DNA from: a virus
Lineage: Duplodnaviria > Caudoviricetes
DNA length: 42,247 nt
Virus record (IMG/VR): IMGVR_UViG_3300012041_000039
Coordinates: 1 to 42,247 of that record
Direction: 5' to 3' (one strand)
Part shown: positions 25,474 to 34,679 of the stretch, one piece after another
How positions within the stretch are numbered: the stretch's first letter is position 1
Layout of the letters: every line of letters begins with the position of its first letter
Notes under the pieces: generated by a model
What the model saw: the letters and a program-made list of their open reading frames with translations, nothing else
Databases searched by the model: none
What the model was told of the DNA's origin: nothing
Translations under genes and position numbers: made by a program

Positions 25474-27053
25474 TATACACGTACCTCAGCAATGAATTCT
25501 GTTTGACCTAACTCTTCATCAGGTTGCACACCAACTATACGTACAGCACCACTAAGCTCTCTATGATGACCTATAGGTGCATGTATAGTTACGTAGTTAC
25601 CAACTTCAAGTGCTGAGCGATCTATGTTTGCTGCAATTACTTTAATTGAAGTTTCACGGGCAAGTCGGCGGTCTTGTTCTTTGGCACTTTCACGTGCTAA
25701 CGCATTAGCACTTTCAGTTGTAACATCAATACGTGCACGTTCGTCTCTCAATGATGCAGGCAACTCCATAATATCTCGTACTACTAATTCTGGCGCTAAC
25801 TGTTGAGCTATACCACCAACGTCGTAAGCTAAAGCTACGTTGGCTACCTGAGTCATAGCCTTGCGTTCCCACATGGGACGACCAAAACCACCATATGTAG
25901 TAGTGACTTGTTTGCCTTCACTAAGATCGTGTGTCAACTCAACATCAACAAGATGTTGACCATGCCATAAATGCACATGTGCACTGAGGTCATGACCTTG
26001 CTTGTAGCCCCAATGTATTACAGTCCGTATGTATGCTGGTGTAACTTCAGTAGTGAGCCACCACTCCCAATTAGTTTCGTTGTGTAAACTCTCTAAAGCT
26101 TGAAGTATAGTTTGTCCGCCAACAAAGAAACCTGCTCCAACTGTAGGGCCAACTTCAAGTTGATCTGGCAGGAATATACCTGTATGTCCACGAGCATTCA
26201 TCTTACTAATGAGTGAACGAAATACTAACGTACTACTTACAGGCATAGTATATCGTTCGTGTTGTGGAGCAATACGCTTGCCCATAATACTAGCTATACC
26301 TAAGGCATGTAAGTTAGTAACTCCACTTCTCATGGAGTCACTCAACGTAAATATTGGCCCTACCCATGCCGGTTGATCATTACTTACTATAGTAAGTATA
26401 TTACCTTGATGTATCGTGTGGTCGTTTTCATCTAGTGCAGGTAAATCTATTGTTGCATGACCAGCAGCCATACGTTCATAGTCACGGTTTATATTCATAG
26501 CCTTGTGTGTCAAATCACGTATGCGTGGATGAGGCCACCAAGGTTCATGTACAAATACACCATACGTTGCAGGTGTATAGAAGGTAATACCAATATTACG
26601 TCTTACAGCAGTATAAGGACTACCAACTCCATGTGCTGTTAGCTGACTTAGTGTTGGAGCACCACTAGCACTACGTACAAGTACAGCAATAGCACTAACA
26701 GTTAACTTCAATAAGTTAGGGTTGCCCTGTGCACCATTAGCAGCCATCAAAGCTGATGCACTAGCAGTCAATTGACTTAAATTAGAAGTACCAGTAGCAG
26801 GATAATGTGCTATTCCACTGCTACTAACAGTTAACTGACTTAATGTTGGAGCACCACTAAGATTGTAACTGCCACCACTAGCTACTCCGTTTGCAGTGAG
26901 TTGATTGATATTAGGTGTACCAGTTGCTACAAAATCAGCTTGTCCTACTCCATTAGCAGCTAATTGATTTAATGAAGATGAACCAATAGCAGTAGCTTCA
27001 CCTACATCAAAAGTAGTTCCGTCAAATATACTAGAATCAAATATAGCAGGCAT
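25473..27053 (-). CDS. tail hub/Tal-like minor tail protein with N-terminal 20-aa repeats
   Basis: Position after Dit; about six GxPxLxQLTxxG repeats, then a hub-like region (WVGPI, LEVGNYVTI...VRIVG). Confidence 0.6.
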   Translation of the reverse strand: MPAIFDSSIFDGTTFDVGEATAIGSSSLNQLAANGVGQADFVATGTPNINQLTANGVASGGSYNLSGAPTLSQLTVSSSGIAHYPATGTSNLSQLTASASALMAANGAQGNPNLLKLTVSAIAVLVRSASGAPTLSQLTAHGVGSPYTAVRRNIGITFYTPATYGVFVHEPWWPHPRIRDLTHKAMNINRDYERMAAGHATIDLPALDENDHTIHQGNILTIVSNDQPAWVGPIFTLSDSMRSGVTNLHALGIASIMGKRIAPQHERYTMPVSSTLVFRSLISKMNARGHTGIFLPDQLEVGPTVGAGFFVGGQTILQALESLHNETNWEWWLTTEVTPAYIRTVIHWGYKQGHDLSAHVHLWHGQHLVDVELTHDLSEGKQVTTTYGGFGRPMWERKAMTQVANVALAYDVGGIAQQLAPELVVRDIMELPASLRDERARIDVTTESANALARESAKEQDRRLARETSIKVIAANIDRSALEVGNYVTIHAPIGHHRELSGAVRIVGVQPDEELGQTEFIAEVRV

Positions 27054-27986
27054 CTATTCCCACTCGCTGTAACCACGTACTGCTATTCCGCCTGCTTGAA
27101 GAGTACCAGAACCTGCTAAACGATCTAGAAAATATTCAAATATCTGTTGATCATCCAGCAGTATTGAAGCACCGTTGAAAATAATGTGAGTAGGCATAGT
27201 TGTTGTAGAACCACCTGCTCGCGCAATTGCATTAAGATCAAGACTTGCACCCTCACTACTGCCATTGCGACGAACGTAAAGGGCAAAGTCATCTGTAGAT
27301 GTATTCTCAGCGAGTCGTCCTACTGCTATAATACTAACTGCTAGAGCAGAAGTAGCAGAAGTACAATCTACATCTGTCCATGTTGCTTCATCAGCAAGTC
27401 CTGTTAAATCTTTAACTTGAACTGCATCTCTCCACTTCAATTGAAGAGCACGTGGTTTAAGAGCTATAGCATCAGCGCCTATCATTACTGTAATAGGCCC
27501 ACCGGCATAAAAAGTACCACTGGCATCTTTTGTTACTTGTAGCTCTACATATGTACCAGCACAAGTATGATCTTCAATCAGTAGTAATGACCAGTCGCCA
27601 TCAGTTGCTACAACGCTGAAACTAGTTTCACTAGCATCACTATTAACTAGTTTTGCTGTAATACCAGAACCACCAGCAGTAGTAGCAACCCAAATAAGTG
27701 TACTGAGCTTTACTCCACTTTTAACACGTGGTTCATCTGCATAAGTATAACGCTGTTTCCAACCTTCATTAACAGCATCTGTTACACATTTTATTACTTC
27801 AGTAAACTTAGCATCAAGTCCTGCTTCACCGCTAACAGGTACAGCAGTTGCTTTAGTTGTAGGTGTAGCAACATCAGCAAACCATTGTGCCTGAGTAACA
27901 AGATCGAAGCCTGCACCTATCTGTATTAATGGTGGCCACGCTTTGAATTCGTTTTGCAGGCTTGCGCCGTAGGTAATAAGCCCCAT
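27054..27986 (-). CDS. minor tail protein (beta-rich, carbohydrate-binding-like)
   Basis: Between Dit and hub; TAATG overlap at 27986. Confidence 0.55.
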   Translation of the reverse strand: MGLITYGASLQNEFKAWPPLIQIGAGFDLVTQAQWFADVATPTTKATAVPVSGEAGLDAKFTEVIKCVTDAVNEGWKQRYTYADEPRVKSGVKLSTLIWVATTAGGSGITAKLVNSDASETSFSVVATDGDWSLLLIEDHTCAGTYVELQVTKDASGTFYAGGPITVMIGADAIALKPRALQLKWRDAVQVKDLTGLADEATWTDVDCTSATSALAVSIIAVGRLAENTSTDDFALYVRRNGSSEGASLDLNAIARAGGSTTTMPTHIIFNGASILLDDQQIFEYFLDRLAGSGTLQAGGIAVRGYSEWE

Positions 27987-30316
27987 TATAGCCACCTATT
28001 TCGATGTACTTCAGTTATATCTATCAAACCTGCTCCTGCACCAACACCTACCATATCGAATTTATATGTATTAGTGCCGGGCTTGTTATAAAACCAATCT
28101 TTGGGATTACTTGGGAGTATTGCAAATGGTACTTCTACATTACGTAGTAGATCAGTTACTACATGATTAGCACAATCGATTTCTAACTCTTCTGTTAACT
28201 TCATAAGGAAGGCTATATCGATGTAATCAAGTGTAGTATTATTCGTGAGACGTCCATTAAGAAAATACAGGTTTTGTTGGCTACCTATTACTATCTTTGG
28301 TACACGGTTGGTATCGAAGTTTACTGTAATATCATCTATACGAGTTACAGCATTTGTGCCATCTCGTATATCATCATGTACTTCGTTAAACTCTTCGCCT
28401 TCAAGGTCAACACCAATAGGTATCTCTACATTAAGTCGCAACCTAAATATAGGTATGGCTGCTATGCTACCAACTACGTAGATACCTTCATAGCCATCAC
28501 GGTCAACTCCATACACCGTGAAATTCATAGCAGCTTGAGTACTAATTACACCTTTTTCTTGATTATGTGATGTATTAGTACGTGAAGTTTCTACTCTACT
28601 ATATACAGGTAATATACTTAACATACCAAAGTCTCCCTCTTGTACGAGATAACCTTGTATGTTACGACCTGTTAATACACGTTGTGTAGTCATGCTTTCG
28701 TTTTCAGTACCTAAAGCATTAGGAAATGTATTACTTAATTCTGTTTCTACGTTAGAGTTTTGTACTGCTTCAAAGTTTTGTACTTCAAAAACTGCATGTC
28801 CTATGCTAACATCTTCATCTATTACAGTAACACCAATATTTCCTGGAACATTAAATGTTAGAAACGGTACACCTAAATCTACTGATTGTATTTCACTACC
28901 AGCAAATTCTAATGTCCAGTTGAAGTCAGTACGTACAACACGACGTCTATAACTATAACCTTCAATAGGTATTGGAGTAGCACTAACAGTACTCAAAGTT
29001 AGTGTCATACTTGCACCAATCATACTGAGTGCACAGGGTACTTCAAGTATAGCATTGTTAGCTAGCAGTTTAGCAGCTTTAGGTGGTGTATTCTCAAATA
29101 CTATACGGCCACTTTCCTCATAGCTACTTATGTATTGTGATGCCACGTTATCTTCGCTATAGTCACGTCGCCATGTACCTGATCTGCGATCAGCAGCGTT
29201 ATAGAATGGCCCAGGAAATACCCAACTATCGTTGGTACTGCTTGCTAAATTAATTACTGGTTGGCGATCCACTGGTTCACTAGCTGGTTGAGCAACAGAG
29301 TAATCCCACATCAAATATAAGTTACTGTGTTCTACCCAATAAGCAGTTGTAGTTGCTGTGTGGCTAGCTGCTGTAGTACCCAGGGCACCACGACCCCCCG
29401 TAGGTATAGTTAATGTAGTAGCAGTACGCTCACTATATTGTATACATTCATTGTCAATTATGAAGAAACCACTAGCAGGCCAACCTGCTAGACCTTCAAC
29501 ATTATCAACATCAATAACACCTGTAGCACTATTAGTGATGTTATCAGCTAGTGTAAATGTTTTACGTGGTCTAAACTGAAGATTAACCCAAAGTTTATTA
29601 CCACTAATATATCGTGGTAGATCAACTCCATTATGTACTACTCGTACAGCAGCCGATGGAGTTATGCTATAAGTACTTAAGTCCGCTATTAATATAGGAT
29701 AACCATCGCCTGTATGATCGTATAGTGGTAATTCTGATTTATTAGCAATTACTATATGTCGAAACTTTGTCCAACCATCAGCATTACTAATAAGTGTCGT
29801 AGGCTTCAATGTAAATACAGGGCGGTTTCGTGCGCTTGTAGGATTACTTATTGCAAAGGTTTGACCAGTTGCAGTTATGTTTGTAACTACAGGTGTAGCA
29901 TCAGAGTCAGCTTCCCACAAACCAGTACTAGCACGTATAGCAACCTTGAATATTATTTCATCAGTTGCTACAACTCCTTCAACATTACACAGAAGTTTAC
30001 GCAGTGCAGGACTACCTTCACCATAATTATCATAGGCTGTTAAATAGCCAGGAGGTTCTTCCGGACTAAATATCTGTTTAATACCATCAACATTTGCTTG
30101 CGTTAAATCATGTATACGTACTTCAAGTACAAATCTAAAACCATCCGGCTGACTTCTAACAAATGTAGGAAATTGTCCTGATATTTCTGCTTCTATAGTT
30201 TGTGCTCTAAACGTTTCAGCAGCAATACTCTCACCCTCTATGAGTAAAGACTCATAGGGTGATTTATCATTTATGTTTACACCGCGAAATTGAGAAATCT
30301 TTAAGTATGCGGCCAT
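27986..30316 (-). CDS. distal tail protein (evolved Dit-like) with large insertions
   Basis: Directly after the tape measure gene; C-terminal LEIDCANHVV...WF..KPGTN...RNRWL typical of Dit; internal FFIIDNECIQYS...RGALGTTAASH module. Confidence 0.7.
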   Translation of the reverse strand: MAAYLKISQFRGVNINDKSPYESLLIEGESIAAETFRAQTIEAEISGQFPTFVRSQPDGFRFVLEVRIHDLTQANVDGIKQIFSPEEPPGYLTAYDNYGEGSPALRKLLCNVEGVVATDEIIFKVAIRASTGLWEADSDATPVVTNITATGQTFAISNPTSARNRPVFTLKPTTLISNADGWTKFRHIVIANKSELPLYDHTGDGYPILIADLSTYSITPSAAVRVVHNGVDLPRYISGNKLWVNLQFRPRKTFTLADNITNSATGVIDVDNVEGLAGWPASGFFIIDNECIQYSERTATTLTIPTGGRGALGTTAASHTATTTAYWVEHSNLYLMWDYSVAQPASEPVDRQPVINLASSTNDSWVFPGPFYNAADRRSGTWRRDYSEDNVASQYISSYEESGRIVFENTPPKAAKLLANNAILEVPCALSMIGASMTLTLSTVSATPIPIEGYSYRRRVVRTDFNWTLEFAGSEIQSVDLGVPFLTFNVPGNIGVTVIDEDVSIGHAVFEVQNFEAVQNSNVETELSNTFPNALGTENESMTTQRVLTGRNIQGYLVQEGDFGMLSILPVYSRVETSRTNTSHNQEKGVISTQAAMNFTVYGVDRDGYEGIYVVGSIAAIPIFRLRLNVEIPIGVDLEGEEFNEVHDDIRDGTNAVTRIDDITVNFDTNRVPKIVIGSQQNLYFLNGRLTNNTTLDYIDIAFLMKLTEELEIDCANHVVTDLLRNVEVPFAILPSNPKDWFYNKPGTNTYKFDMVGVGAGAGLIDITEVHRNRWL

Positions 30317-30319
30317 ACA

Positions 30320-33300
30320 CTAATATCCTTGATACAACATGTCAAGATAATCACGTGGCATACCTTGTGCTCCACCTGCAACATTGATAGTAATAGGTGC
30401 AAGGTTAAGCATACGCTTGTTGTTATTAGTTGTTGCACCTATAGGATAAACATGTCCGTTACTATCTGGTACGAACAATTCTCGCTTACCGTTTTCACCA
30501 ACCCAATAAGCTTGTTGAGCCTGTACAGGCCCACCGAACGCGCGTGCACCCGCAGCACGTTGTTCAGGAGATGTAAGGTGTTCTAAATCTTGTTTTGCTC
30601 TATCAGCTTGTTGCTTGTTAATAGAAGCCAACGTTTGTGTTGCTTTTTCAAGTTCCACGTTAAGCTTTATAAACTTCTCAACTATACCTTGAGTTTCAGT
30701 ATTAAGAGCTTCTTGACTCTTTACTAAAGGATTAGCTATATCTGCTTGAAGCTTTAATATAGTATTAGCTTCATCAAGAGCAATCTTATGATCTTCTAAT
30801 TTTTTAAGATCTTCATCTAGCTTTGCAACATGATCTTCTATACCTTGTCGTGCTACATCGTATGCTTTTTGTTGTGCGACACCACTACGCTCAATTTCTT
30901 CTCTTGATGTTTGAAGTGCTCTCTGTTGATCTTGTAATCCTTGAACATATAGTTGTTCATTAGTTTCACGATCAAATCTTGTTAAAGCATCTTGTTGTTT
31001 TTTCTGTTCTTTAGCTGCGTTCTCAGCATTAAGTGCAGCGTCTAGATTAGCTTTTACAACATCACGTTGTGCTTGAGCATATGCTTCCCTTGCATCTTCT
31101 ATTTCACGAACATAATCAAATTCAGCCTTTGCGTGATCTTTCTTGGCTTTTACAACATCTTCGTTATATTCCCGCATCTTCTTGGCCCATTGCGCCGCAT
31201 CCCAAGCTTCTTCTTCTCGCTTGGTCATCTTCTTGGGCTTAGGAGGATCGGGCATATCGGGCATAAAATCTTTAAGTCCCGGTTTCCCCTCTTTTAGAAG
31301 AGACTCTAAATCTTGACCTAGACGTTTGACACTTTTTGCTAGACTAGCAGATTCGAATTGTCGTTGCATAACATCAAAAGCATCAACTGCCTTTTGTGCT
31401 GCACTGACTTGCATATCTGCAACCATTTCAGCACGTTGCTCAGCGCGATCTCTTGCAGCAATTTCTCGCTGATAACTATCAATTTGTTCGTCTATAACTC
31501 GTATCTGAGAATCAATAGCATCAGTTTGCGCATCAATAGCATCCGCAGCGGCTTGTGCTGCTCTATCTAGGTTTCTCAAATTAACTTCAGCAGCAGCACG
31601 ATCAGGTCGTTGTGCTTGCTTCAATTGCGTTATATCTATATCAGCCCGCATCATCTCGCGCGTTGGGCCTTTGAACAGATCATCAAGAGCTTTTTGATTC
31701 TCTGTTATTTCAGTCGTCTTTTTAGTAACTTCTTGTTGGGCTGCTTGCATAGCTTTATTCAAAGTTACTACGAGTATATCACCCAGTTGATTCGCACTAC
31801 CACCAGCGGAATCCATATCACTCTTGAGGCCGCTAATCTCACCTTGAAGAGCCTGCATATCTCTTTCAAGATTACGAAACATTTCAGTATCTTCACGACC
31901 TGTATTAGCAAGTCGTGAAGCACGATTTTGAAGTATTGCTAACTCTTCATTAAGATCTTCTAAATTAGGTGCATTAGTTTTAGTTGCATTATATGCTTGG
32001 TTAGCAGCAATAAGTGGGCCAATTACTGGAAGCCCTCTAATAGCACCACCAAGTCCAGCCGTTGCAATATCACTACCACTAACACCTGTTTGCTTTACAA
32101 CAAATTCAATTAGTTTAGTTGTAGGCATTGCTTCTATAGCATCAATAAGTAACTGTACAGCCGATTTACCATTATTGGCAGCTTCGACTATAGCATCGCT
32201 CCAACCTTTAACACTAGTACGAAATTCATCAGAACCTATAAGTTTGTTAAGTCCAATTAAAGATTTCTTAAACTCTTCAAATATAGGTTGAGTGAATACA
32301 CCTGCAATCTCTTGAATATTACGGCGAGCTATAGTAAGTTGTCCACGTGCAGTTTGTGCTTGTAATTCAAGCATTCCACCGAACTGCCCTTTCATACCTT
32401 CGAGTATGATCTGAGCAGCACGCTTACCAGTAAGACCAAACTTCAAGGCATCATCTTGTATTTGGTCAATACTAGCACCAGTTGCTTCAGTCAAATATTG
32501 CCACGCACCAACACCAACTTCAGTTAACTGTCGTATGTCCTGACTATTTAGTTTGGCGCTTTGACCAATCTGTCCTATAGCATAACTAATACGTTGTACT
32601 GAATCCTCAAAGGGTCGAGGCATTGAAGCCGCAGCATTAGCAATGATTTCCAAGTTAGGTATGACATCTTTTAAGTCCATGCCACGTGCAACGAATTCTC
32701 GTGCAGCATTAACACTAATTTCAAAGCCCAATGCTGTCTTACGAGTCCATGCATATATCTCTTCCATGAATTTAGTTGCAAGCGGTGCGCTTTTAAGTAC
32801 GCCAGTAAAGGCTACTGTAGCAGTTTCCTTAAAGGCGTTGAAGTCATATCCAAGCTTGCCTATTACAGCACCAAGTCCAACTATAGCTACACCAGTAACG
32901 GTTGCAGCGGTACGTACTGCACCACTAGCAAGGGCTGCTTGCATAAAGCTGGCTCTGGTAGTTGTACCCATAGTTTGTGCTGCTTTACCAGCAGCATTGT
33001 GAGCACTCTCTATTTGACCTTTGCCAGTTTGTATGGAGCGTACTAACTCCATATGACTTTGCTTAGTTACATTATCAGCTTGTGCTGATACGGTAGCATA
33101 GTTGCGTCGAGAATCACCCAACTGTTTACTGAGAGTAAGCTCTTTCTTCTGTAAACCTTCTATTTGTGTTTGACCTTGTGCCGCAGTACTAATGCGCTTT
33201 TTATCAATAGCTATTTCAGTATTAGTTAGAGCTTGTTTAGCATCTAATACATCTCTAGCATTTTTAATACGCAAATTCTTAAGATTTTCATCATCACGAT

Positions 33301-34006
33301 TGATGATTTTACTTGTATCAACTGATCTATTATTATATGTTTTTCTAGCATCGTTAATATCACGGTCAATATTATCGAGACGAGTTTGCATCCGTAGCAG
33401 GTCTGCTTTACCTTTTAATGATTCTCTATCAGCAGTAGCTTCTACTTTAGCTAGATCAGCAATAACTACTTTTCTGTTAGCTAATAATTTATCTCTACGA
33501 GTTAGTGCTGTTGCTTCGGCTTCAAGAGCAGCTTGTCTACGTCTTGCTGCTGTTAAAGCTGCATCCGACTCAGCTTTTTGGGCACTTAATTCAGTATCAC
33601 GAAGTTTCTTTCGTGCATCGTTAAGCTTCTCTACACCAGCAATACGTGCTTGTTCAGCTGCGTCACTGATAGCAGTTTTAGTTGTACTTATTTGATTACT
33701 TACTTGGTCACGTGCTCTCTTAGCTTTAGTTACTTCTTCTAGGGCTCTACGTTCAGCTTTACTAGCTGCTTCAGTTTCACGAACACCACGCTTGCGTACA
33801 GCTTCAATATTTTTATGAACTTGTGCAGTTACAGTTTCAAGGTTTTTCTCACTACGTCCTATGAGAGCATTAGCAGCAGCCTGTTGACGACTAGCACGGT
33901 CAGCCGTAGCTGCGGCACGATTAATGTCGCGCTCTATAGCATTAACAGCACGATTAGCTGCATATATAGCTGTGAAAAGTATACGAAGCTCAGCAACAGT
34001 CGCCAT
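30320..34006 (-). CDS. tape measure protein
   Basis: 1228 aa, Ala/Lys/Gln-rich coiled coil; MATVAELRI start; AIGQIGQSAKLNSQDIRQLTEVGV tape-measure motif; C-terminal RAFGGPV...VGENG..ELFVP. Confidence 0.93.
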   Translation of the reverse strand: MATVAELRILFTAIYAANRAVNAIERDINRAAATADRASRQQAAANALIGRSEKNLETVTAQVHKNIEAVRKRGVRETEAASKAERRALEEVTKAKRARDQVSNQISTTKTAISDAAEQARIAGVEKLNDARKKLRDTELSAQKAESDAALTAARRRQAALEAEATALTRRDKLLANRKVVIADLAKVEATADRESLKGKADLLRMQTRLDNIDRDINDARKTYNNRSVDTSKIINRDDENLKNLRIKNARDVLDAKQALTNTEIAIDKKRISTAAQGQTQIEGLQKKELTLSKQLGDSRRNYATVSAQADNVTKQSHMELVRSIQTGKGQIESAHNAAGKAAQTMGTTTRASFMQAALASGAVRTAATVTGVAIVGLGAVIGKLGYDFNAFKETATVAFTGVLKSAPLATKFMEEIYAWTRKTALGFEISVNAAREFVARGMDLKDVIPNLEIIANAAASMPRPFEDSVQRISYAIGQIGQSAKLNSQDIRQLTEVGVGAWQYLTEATGASIDQIQDDALKFGLTGKRAAQIILEGMKGQFGGMLELQAQTARGQLTIARRNIQEIAGVFTQPIFEEFKKSLIGLNKLIGSDEFRTSVKGWSDAIVEAANNGKSAVQLLIDAIEAMPTTKLIEFVVKQTGVSGSDIATAGLGGAIRGLPVIGPLIAANQAYNATKTNAPNLEDLNEELAILQNRASRLANTGREDTEMFRNLERDMQALQGEISGLKSDMDSAGGSANQLGDILVVTLNKAMQAAQQEVTKKTTEITENQKALDDLFKGPTREMMRADIDITQLKQAQRPDRAAAEVNLRNLDRAAQAAADAIDAQTDAIDSQIRVIDEQIDSYQREIAARDRAEQRAEMVADMQVSAAQKAVDAFDVMQRQFESASLAKSVKRLGQDLESLLKEGKPGLKDFMPDMPDPPKPKKMTKREEEAWDAAQWAKKMREYNEDVVKAKKDHAKAEFDYVREIEDAREAYAQAQRDVVKANLDAALNAENAAKEQKKQQDALTRFDRETNEQLYVQGLQDQQRALQTSREEIERSGVAQQKAYDVARQGIEDHVAKLDEDLKKLEDHKIALDEANTILKLQADIANPLVKSQEALNTETQGIVEKFIKLNVELEKATQTLASINKQQADRAKQDLEHLTSPEQRAAGARAFGGPVQAQQAYWVGENGKRELFVPDSNGHVYPIGATTNNNKRMLNLAPITINVAGGAQGMPRDYLDMLYQGY

Positions 34007-34009
34007 AAG

Positions 34010-34578
34010 TTACTTTATACCTGCCAATTTTCTGGCTTCTATTTCATTGTAAAGTATTAACAAGGTACGCTGTTTTGCAGGCAACTGAGCATATTCATTG
34101 AGTGTCATATGTACGCCACTTCGAACCATCATATAAACAGGAAACAATTCGGGCAGTATCAAGTCAGCAAGGAGTGCCGCTCTAATGTCTGCGAGTTTCC
34201 TAAAGGGATTGTATTTTTCTCAACGATAATACCAAATATCCAGTTGACTGTAGTCTCGTCAAGCAACAATTTGTTTTCAGTTGTACAAGGTAAGTTGTCA
34301 TAGTTTGGGCCATGCCAACCTTGTACAGCGTGCTTAATAACAAAGGCTTTATCGTACAATTCTTTAGGGTCTGGTTCAGTAGTTTTTACTTCATCAGACG
34401 GCCCACTACGAATCATGTCAATGACTTCCGAGCCTAAAGCACCAAGTCGCTTCAGGCTACTAATACTTTGCACGTTACGTGCATCATCTAGTTCTAAACC
34501 ACTTAACTGACGAATCTCAATAAAGTTACCTGGTTCGTGGGGGATCTCTATCGATTCAATTGTATTTCCAACGATCAT
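34010..34578 (-). CDS. tail assembly chaperone G (34159..34578) and -1 frameshift product GT
   Basis: Between tail tube and tape measure; slippery C CCT TTA at 34207-34201; the -1 frame is open (RKLADIRAALLADL...EARKLAGIK*) to TAA at 34012-34010, 3 nt before the tape-measure ATG. Confidence 0.85.
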
Positions 34579-34580
34579 CT

Positions 34581-34649
34581 TATTGCCCCTTTTCTGAGGA
34601 GAGAGTGCTAAGAGTGCTGGGGCAATACGAACACCTTAGCACTCTCTCC
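34581..34649 (-). promoter_or_regulatory. hairpin with loop complementary to the downstream RBS (predicted pseudoknot)
   Basis: 15-bp perfect stem (34649-34635 with 34612-34598); loop UAUUGCCCC (34627-34619) is the exact complement of GGGGCAAUA (34589-34581), 2 nt before the chaperone AUG. Confidence 0.7.
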
Positions 34650-34679
34650 ATGAACATGGTTGCTACAGCTAGCTAAAAG

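Noticed and set aside
34603-34644. CIRCE (HrcA) operator
   Set aside because: Both half-sites are present (GAGTGCTAA, TTAGCACTC) but in reversed order and 24 nt apart instead of TTAGCACTC-N9-GAGTGCTAA. They are better explained as the hairpin arms.
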